Source: a virus
Taxonomy: Duplodnaviria; Caudoviricetes
IMG/VR virus record: IMGVR_UViG_3300032309_001784
Coordinates: 1 to 50,603 of that record
Length of the DNA stretch: 50,603 nt
Reading direction: 5' to 3' (one strand)
Part shown: positions 44,394 to 50,603 of the stretch, in pieces
Numbering within the stretch: position 1 is the stretch's first letter
Layout: the number at the start of each line of letters is the position of its first letter
Position numbers and translations under genes: made by a program
The notes under the pieces: generated by a model
Seen by the model: only the letters and a program-made list of their open reading frames with translations
Told to the model about the DNA's origin: nothing
The model's database searches: none

Positions 44394-45530
44394 ATGGCGT
44401 GCAGGAAATGCGGTTCGTCATGGACGACTATTTATGGGGCCGATCGTGCCTCGTGCCCCGAGTGCTGCAAGATCTCTCGGTTCAAGGAGCGCAAGGCCGG
44501 GCGATACGCCGACCCAATCAAGCACAAGACGTGCGCGGTGTGCGGCGTGCAGTTCGTCGCGGCCGGCTTGGCTGAGATACAGAAACGGAAATGCTGCTCA
44601 GATGCGTGCCGGGCTGTTCGCCGGAAGGAGGGCGTGCAGGCGAGCATAGCGTCAAGGAAAGGAACTCCCAGCAAGCCGAGGGGAAAGAAGACTCCCCTTC
44701 TGTGTGCGATGTGCGGCTCTAAAATCACGTCGAGTAATGGCCGGAAGTATTGCTCGACACGCTGCTTTCATGAGGCAAGGAACGCAGGCATACAAGCGTG
44801 GGACAGGAGCAAGATTGATGAGGCTGCCAGAAGGCGGCCCAACAATGTGTGCCAGTCACCCGAGGCGTATGCGGTTCGGGCCGGAATGAAACACAGGAAG
44901 GCATTCCTGCGGAGTGCCGAGAGGATGTGGAAGTGTGCTTTGCGGAAGCAACCGCGAGCCCCGGTCGCCATCGCTGCTAGTACGTTTGCATTCTTTGTTC
45001 GGCATATCCCGAAGGTTCTTTCGTGCAAATTGTGTGGAGTTCAGTGCGTCAAGCCTGCTTGCTGGAAGTTGCCGCATTGCTCTTGGGAGTGTGCCAAGAA
45101 AGATTGCACTGATGCTGTGTGCACATGCTGCAATCGCGCCATGAAGATTCATTTCATCGGCGGGAGTGTTGAGGCGAGGAAAGCAAAGCCGGTGTGCAAC
45201 AGGTGTGTACTCAAGAGGCACAAGAAGCTGTGCGGAGACTTTGGCAGGCGGTGCAGGAGATTCGGCGTGTTCTATGATCCCAAGATCACTAGACCGGCAG
45301 TCTTTGAGCGGGATGGCTATCGCTGCCACATCTGCAAGAAGAAGACCCTGGCGAAGTATGTTATTCGAGACGGTCATGCTGACCCGATGTCGCCGACAGT
45401 TGACCACCATCCCTACCCTTTGAGTGCAGGCATCAAGGGTCATGAGTGGGACAATGTTCGCTGTGCCTGCTTGAAGTGCAACGTGCGCAAAGGCGCGTCA
45501 TGGTCTGGGCAGATGCTACTGTTTCGTTGA
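44394..45530 (+). CDS. Multi-zinc-finger HNH endonuclease (homing-type)
   Basis: Many CxxC pairs; C-terminal VFERDGYRCHIC...TVDHHPYPL...HEWDNVRCACLKCNVRKG. Confidence 0.8.
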   Translation: MACRKCGSSWTTIYGADRASCPECCKISRFKERKAGRYADPIKHKTCAVCGVQFVAAGLAEIQKRKCCSDACRAVRRKEGVQASIASRKGTPSKPRGKKTPLLCAMCGSKITSSNGRKYCSTRCFHEARNAGIQAWDRSKIDEAARRRPNNVCQSPEAYAVRAGMKHRKAFLRSAERMWKCALRKQPRAPVAIAASTFAFFVRHIPKVLSCKLCGVQCVKPACWKLPHCSWECAKKDCTDAVCTCCNRAMKIHFIGGSVEARKAKPVCNRCVLKRHKKLCGDFGRRCRRFGVFYDPKITRPAVFERDGYRCHICKKKTLAKYVIRDGHADPMSPTVDHHPYPLSAGIKGHEWDNVRCACLKCNVRKGASWSGQMLLFR

Positions 45531-45665
45531 TTACCCCCGGGAAACCGCAGGAAGACGCCATACCCCCCCAAGAGGGGTAGGGGCCAACGAGGAAATCCAA
45601 CTGCTCTAACCCGTTCGCGCGTTGCGGAATAGGCCGTCCGTTTTTCCCCTGCCTAAAAAACAAGC
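45531..45665. other. Probable packaging (cos) region
   Basis: Intergenic between HNH and small terminase as in HK97-like phages; TACCCC/GGGGTA inverted repeat; exact cut site not determinable. Confidence 0.35.
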
Positions 45666-46139
45666 ATGGCAACCCGAGGGCGGAAGCCCAAACCAACCTC
45701 GCTGAAGATTCTCAGCGGCACGCAACGCGGCGCGCCGAAGCGCGAGCCGTCCGCGCCGCCGGGCGCGCCGCCGATGCCGGATCGGCTGAACGTCGAACCG
45801 CTCGCGGTGGCGAAGTGGAACGAGCTCGTGCCGATCCTGCTCGGAATGAATGTGCTCACGACAGGCGACGGCGAAGCCCTGGCGACTTTGTGCGAGGTGT
45901 ACGCTGCGGCCCAGGCGTGTCTCCTTGAGTTGCGAGCCAGTGGCCCGACGATCAAGACCGATCTCGGCGGCGTGAAGCCGAACCCGGCGGGCTCGCTCTA
46001 CAAGGGGCTAGTGAGCCTGCAATCGTCTCTGATGACCGAGTTCGGGCTGACGCCTTCCTCCAGGGTGCGACTTGGCACAAAGCAAGATCAGCCACAAGAC
46101 GAACTGGCAGATTTCTTCTCCCGCCATCAAGGCGGCTGA
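45666..46139 (+). CDS. terS: Terminase small subunit (P27 family)
   Basis: RGRKPKPTSLKIL.G...KPNPA...EFGLTPSSRVRL. Confidence 0.92.
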   Translation: MATRGRKPKPTSLKILSGTQRGAPKREPSAPPGAPPMPDRLNVEPLAVAKWNELVPILLGMNVLTTGDGEALATLCEVYAAAQACLLELRASGPTIKTDLGGVKPNPAGSLYKGLVSLQSSLMTEFGLTPSSRVRLGTKQDQPQDELADFFSRHQGG

Positions 46140-46149
46140 GAAGGCCGGC

Positions 46150-47700
46150 GTGCTGCCGAAGATCACCGAGGCAAAAGCCGAAACGGTCTTTGACTTCTTT
46201 CAGAGCATCCTTCGTCACAGCAAGGGGCAGACGGCCGGGCATTCGTTCATGCTCCTGCCGTGGCAAAAGCACGTTCTCGGCAACCTGTTCGGCCGTGTTC
46301 GAGGCAACACCCGGCAGTATCGCGTCGGGTATATCGAGTTGCCGAAAAAGATGGGAAAGAGCACCACCCTCGCGGGCGTCGCGCTCTACGGCCTGGTCGC
46401 CGACCACGAGCCGGGCGCAGAAATCTACGGTGCGGCCTGCGACCGCGAGCAGGCAGGAATCATCTACCGCGAAGCGGCGTCGATGGTGCGGTCGTCGCCC
46501 GCGCTCTCTCGCGTTCTTGAGGTCGTGGATTCGCGGAAGACGATCATCCACCGAGCGAGCAACTCGTTCTATAGGGTGCTATCGGCCGACGCGTTCAGGG
46601 CCGAAGGCCTGAACATCCACATGCTCCTTTTCGATGAGCTCCACGCACAGCGCGACCGGCGACTCTTCGATGCCCTTCGGTACGGCGGTGCCGCCCGCCG
46701 GCAGCCGCTTATCCTGTCGATCACGACAGCGGGCTACGATCGCCGGTCGATCTGCTGGGAGCAGCACGCCTACGCGGAGAAGTGTATCGCAGATCCCGCG
46801 TTCGACCCGACGTTCTTTGGGTGCATCTACGCGGCCCCGCCCGAGTCTGCGGCGGATGACACGTGGAAGGAGCCTCGCGTCTGGCGGATGGCTAACCCGT
46901 CGCTCGGCACCACGATCACCGAGGAGTCGTTCGCCGCGGACGCCCGCGAAGCCGAGCAGAGCCCGACGAAACTGAACTCATTTTTGAGATACCGGCTCAA
47001 TGTCTGGACGACCCAGGACACACGGTTCTTCAAGCCGGATTCGTGGGCCGCTTGCGGCGGGCCGTTGCGGGAGTTCGGCGACCGGCCGGTGTACGCGGGG
47101 CTCGATCTCGCGAGCACGTATGACCTCACCGCCCTGGTGCTCGTGTGCCCCGACCCGTCTGACAACTCTCTCGACATCCTGCCGTTCTTCTGGATTCCAG
47201 AGTCGAACGCTGCGGATCGGGCGCACCGCGACAAGGTCGATTATCTCGGATGGATTCGCGACGGGCACATCCGCGTGACCGACGGGAACGTGACCGACTA
47301 CACCGTTTTGCACCGCGACATCCTGCAAATCTGCGAGCAGTATCGGGTGCGGCGACTCGCCGTGGATTTGAAGTTTAACGGCCAGATGCTCGCCAACTTA
47401 CTGCAAGGCGATGGGGTTGACGTTGTAGGGTATCCACAAGGCGGGCGCGCGATGAGCGCGCCGCTCAAGACCCTCGAAAACCTGATCTTGTCGGGCCGCG
47501 TGCGGCACGGTGGGCATCCGGTGTTTTCGTGGAACGCGTCCAACTGTGCGGTGGCCGAAGACAGGCACGGCAACATTTACCCGAGCAAAGCGAAGAGCAC
47601 CGAGCGAATCGACGGCATCGTGGCGTGTTGTGAAGGCATTGCTGCCTGGATGGCGGCCGAGCAGCAGCCCAGCGGCACCCCGGAAATCTTCTTTCTATGA
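46150..47700 (+). CDS. terL: Terminase large subunit
   Basis: LLPWQ, Walker A PKKMGKST, LLFDELH, ITTAG, nuclease GLDLAST, RIDGIVA; start could be a little upstream (ORF open from 46072). Confidence 0.95.
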   Translation: MLPKITEAKAETVFDFFQSILRHSKGQTAGHSFMLLPWQKHVLGNLFGRVRGNTRQYRVGYIELPKKMGKSTTLAGVALYGLVADHEPGAEIYGAACDREQAGIIYREAASMVRSSPALSRVLEVVDSRKTIIHRASNSFYRVLSADAFRAEGLNIHMLLFDELHAQRDRRLFDALRYGGAARRQPLILSITTAGYDRRSICWEQHAYAEKCIADPAFDPTFFGCIYAAPPESAADDTWKEPRVWRMANPSLGTTITEESFAADAREAEQSPTKLNSFLRYRLNVWTTQDTRFFKPDSWAACGGPLREFGDRPVYAGLDLASTYDLTALVLVCPDPSDNSLDILPFFWIPESNAADRAHRDKVDYLGWIRDGHIRVTDGNVTDYTVLHRDILQICEQYRVRRLAVDLKFNGQMLANLLQGDGVDVVGYPQGGRAMSAPLKTLENLILSGRVRHGGHPVFSWNASNCAVAEDRHGNIYPSKAKSTERIDGIVACCEGIAAWMAAEQQPSGTPEIFFL

Positions 47701-49538
47701 TCGCCAAATCCGAGCACCGTATCCTCTGGCTGCCCAACGAAGAGCGCATGTGGGACGACGAAGGCGGCGGCTCGCGGAATGCCGCCGGCGTCAGGATCGA
47801 CTCTAGCAATGCCCACTCGGTCGCGGCGGTCTTCTCCTGCCTGCGGGTGATCGCGGAGACGGTGGCGAGCCTGCCGCTCCACGTACTTGAGCGGACGCCA
47901 GGGGGCGGCAAGCGGATCGCCCGCGAGCTCCTGCTCTACCGCCAACTCCACGCGCAGCCGAACGGCTGGCAGACCTCCTTCGAGTGGCGTGAGCAGGCTG
48001 TCTTTCACATCGGGCTCTGGGGCGACGCGTTCTCGGAACTCAAGGCCGGTCAGATCGTGCCGCTGCATCCGAGCCGCATGAAGGTGGAACGGGTCGAGAA
48101 CGGCAAGATTCGCTACAAGTTCCGCGAGGACAAAGGCACCGAGACGATCTACTCGAACGAGCAGATCCTCCAGATTCGCGGACCTTCCGACGACGGCATC
48201 AACGGGATGTCGATTGTCGAGGAGTGCAAGGACGCGATCGCACTGGCCCGGGCTTGCGAGTTGCACGGGGCTCGCTTCTTCGCGGCCGGTGCCCGCCCCG
48301 GGTTTGTACTCTCGACCGACGGCAATCTGAACGCGGAGGCCCGCGAGTCGCTGCGGTCGCAGTGGGACCGGCGTCACGGCGGCGTCGGCAACGCTCACAA
48401 TACGGCGGTGCTCACGGGCGGGCTGAAGCCCTACGAGATCCCGCAGAGCAGCAATAGCGATGCCCAGTTTCTTGAGCTTCGCCGCTACCAGTTGGAGGAG
48501 ATCGCACGCCTCTTCCGGTGCCCCGGTCATCTGCTCGGCATCGGGGCCGGCAGCGCGCAAGCCGACATCGAGTTCGTGCAGCACACGATCCTGCCGTGGC
48601 TGCGTCGATTCGAGTCGGCGTTCATGCGCGACCTCATCGAAGACGACGATCGGTATCTGATCGAGTTCGACGTGCGCGGGTTGCTCCGGGGCGACTCTTC
48701 GAGCCGGTCGGCCTACTACCGGGCCATGTGGGACATCGGCGTTTTGAACACCGATGACATCCGCGAACTGGAAAACATGGACCCGGTCGAAGGCGGCGAC
48801 GTTCGCTATCGGCCGCTGAACATGGGCACGCTGGGCGAGATGCCGACCGAAGGCGACGTGCTGGCCCAGCAACAGCCGGGAAGCGGCATCGACGGCCAGG
48901 CGGTCGAAGGCGGGCTGGCCGCTGCGGCTGGCGAGCCGGTGGTGCCGGCGGTGCCGGGCGAGCCGGCCCAGCCGGAGGCTCCGCAAGTGGCCGATGTGAG
49001 CCTCAACGGGGCACAGATCAACGGGCTGATTCAGATCATCTCTCAAGTGCCCGCTGGCCTGCTCACAAAGGAAGGCGCTGGGTCGATGATTGCGGCGAGC
49101 TTCCCGAGTATTTCGCCTGCTCAGATTCAAGGCATCCTGGCCGGCGTCTCAGAGAGCCTTCCGCAGCCGATAGAGCCCGCGGCCCCGCCTGCCGGCCGCT
49201 CTCTTGAGGAGCGTGCCAAGCCGGGCAGTGTCTCCGAAGGCGACTTCGTGTCGTGGAATTCATCGGGCGGTCGTGCCCGCGGGCGGGTCGATCACGTGAT
49301 GGACTACGGCACGCTCGATGTCCCGGGCACCGACTTCAAGCTCGACGCGAGCGAGAAAGATCCGGCGGCCCTAATCACTCTGTACGAAGAAGTGAGCGGC
49401 GGCTGGCGTGCGACCGAGACGCAAGTCGGCCACAAGGTCGCGACGCTCACGAAGATCGACCCGCTGCCCGAGCCGCCGCCGGTCGAGGAGAAGGCATACA
49501 GCAAGCCAAAGCGGAAGGGGCGCAAGCGTGGCGGCTAG
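47697..49538 (+). CDS. HK97-family portal protein with C-terminal extension
   Basis: AVFSCLRVIAETVASLPL, QPNGWQT, DAQFLE.R...EIARLF; about 200 additional C-terminal residues. Confidence 0.93.
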   Translation: MIAKSEHRILWLPNEERMWDDEGGGSRNAAGVRIDSSNAHSVAAVFSCLRVIAETVASLPLHVLERTPGGGKRIARELLLYRQLHAQPNGWQTSFEWREQAVFHIGLWGDAFSELKAGQIVPLHPSRMKVERVENGKIRYKFREDKGTETIYSNEQILQIRGPSDDGINGMSIVEECKDAIALARACELHGARFFAAGARPGFVLSTDGNLNAEARESLRSQWDRRHGGVGNAHNTAVLTGGLKPYEIPQSSNSDAQFLELRRYQLEEIARLFRCPGHLLGIGAGSAQADIEFVQHTILPWLRRFESAFMRDLIEDDDRYLIEFDVRGLLRGDSSSRSAYYRAMWDIGVLNTDDIRELENMDPVEGGDVRYRPLNMGTLGEMPTEGDVLAQQQPGSGIDGQAVEGGLAAAAGEPVVPAVPGEPAQPEAPQVADVSLNGAQINGLIQIISQVPAGLLTKEGAGSMIAASFPSISPAQIQGILAGVSESLPQPIEPAAPPAGRSLEERAKPGSVSEGDFVSWNSSGGRARGRVDHVMDYGTLDVPGTDFKLDASEKDPAALITLYEEVSGGWRATETQVGHKVATLTKIDPLPEPPPVEEKAYSKPKRKGRKRGG

Positions 49539-50568
49539 ATATGACCACATCGACTTCACGCCTCCGAGCGGCGTCCGCGACGAAGCCGCGAAGGGGCTCG
49601 CGTGGCGGAGCGAGTACGGCCGGGGTGGCACGGCGGTCGGCATCGCTCGGGCGCGCGACCTCTCGAACGGCGCGACGATCTCGCCCGAGACCGCCCGCCG
49701 CATGAAGGCGTATTTCGACCGCCATGAAATCGACAAGCAGGGCGAGGGATGGAACCCGGGCGAGAACGGATTCCCGAGCAACGGGCGTATCGCCTGGGCA
49801 GTGTGGGGCTCCGATCCCGGCCGAGCTTGGAGCCGTAAACTCGTGGAACAGATGAACGCCGCAGACGAGGAGAACCGAAGCATGGTCAACGCAATCGAAC
49901 GCCGATCCCTAATCCTTGACGAAGTCGAATCCGACACGCCGCTGCTCGCTGTCGAGACGCGGAGCGAGGAAGGCGAAAGCGAGACCCGCGAGTGGATTGT
50001 CGGCTATGCCGCGAAATTTGGAGTTCTCAGTTTGGACTTAGGGGATTTTGTGGAGCGGCTGGACCCCGGCGCGTTCGGCCTTGTCACCGAGCGGCGTGGC
50101 CGCAAGAAGCCGCTCCAGACCCGGGCCTTGTGGAACCACGACGCAAACTTCCCGCTCGCCCGCTACCCCGAGACGCTGCGGCTGACCGTGGACGACATCG
50201 GGCTCCGATACGAGTTCCCGGTGCCCGACACGACCTATGGCCGCGACATCGCCGCCAACATTCGAGCGGGGATCGTGAAGGGCAGTTCCTTCGCGTTCCA
50301 AGTCGCCAAGGGCGGCGATGAGTGGAGCGTCGAGGAAGGCCGCAGCGTGCGGACGATCAAGGCGGTCGATTCTCTGATCGACGTTTCCCCGACCACGTTC
50401 CCGGCTTACCCCGACTCCGACGTGGCGGTGGCGAAGCGGTCGTTCGACCAGTTCCGCCAGACGCGCGAAGCGGAGGTCGAGAAGCGTGTCGCCGCGGTTG
50501 CCAAGCGCGCTACGTTCCGCAAGCAGGCGAACAAACTCCGCGAGTACCTGGGCAAGCATGGCCGCTAA
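49528..50568 (+). CDS. HK97-family prohead protease with N-terminal extra domain
   Basis: IVGYAAKF, LWNHD, GSSFAF, DVSPTTFPAYPD; N-terminal ~110-aa extra domain. Confidence 0.9.
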   Translation: MAARYDHIDFTPPSGVRDEAAKGLAWRSEYGRGGTAVGIARARDLSNGATISPETARRMKAYFDRHEIDKQGEGWNPGENGFPSNGRIAWAVWGSDPGRAWSRKLVEQMNAADEENRSMVNAIERRSLILDEVESDTPLLAVETRSEEGESETREWIVGYAAKFGVLSLDLGDFVERLDPGAFGLVTERRGRKKPLQTRALWNHDANFPLARYPETLRLTVDDIGLRYEFPVPDTTYGRDIAANIRAGIVKGSSFAFQVAKGGDEWSVEEGRSVRTIKAVDSLIDVSPTTFPAYPDSDVAVAKRSFDQFRQTREAEVEKRVAAVAKRATFRKQANKLREYLGKHGR

Positions 50569-50603
50569 ATCGGGCGACGACTGCCCGCAGTGCAAGTGCG
50601 GGC
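50558..50603 (+). CDS. 5' part of Ogr/Delta-like zinc-finger gene (continues at position 1)
   Basis: MAAKSGDDCPQCKCG; in frame with 1..110. Confidence 0.6.
   Translation, partial: MAAKSGDDCPQCKCG

Overview
The window looks like an essentially complete, circularly permuted ~50.6-kb GC-rich temperate siphovirus genome with an HK97-type head. Its two ends join in frame within one small zinc-finger gene. Gene order: capsid, neck and tail genes (0.2-14 kb, with a -1 frameshifted tail chaperone and a 1828-aa tape measure); an accessory nucleotide/phosphoesterase block; integrase and early control region (17.7-20 kb); recombination and replication genes (Sak4-like ATPase, SSB, a second tyrosine recombinase, DUF1376 initiator with iterons, LexA-like HTH, beta-clamp, RusA); a methyl-/glycosyltransferase cluster; a membrane-protein plus papain-like protease block where lysis genes are expected; fibre genes; a small-gene cassette region; and HNH, terminase, portal and prohead protease. 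The standout is 23469-25471: an HNH gene overlapping a stand-alone ~208-aa Cas7/RAMP-like gene, followed at once by a ~1.06-kb non-coding array of 8 units. Each unit is a 5-nt-periodic tract (G-G/T-Y plus a variable NN) closed by a conserved, covarying, tRNA-like three-way-junction hairpin. This is the layout expected of a non-CRISPR RNA-guided system that reads a gapped dinucleotide code (VIPR-like). Several phage-specific promoter/operator classes, leaderless genes and CsrA-type GGA hairpins are also visible. All protein calls come from motifs recognised by eye and from synteny; no database searches were run.
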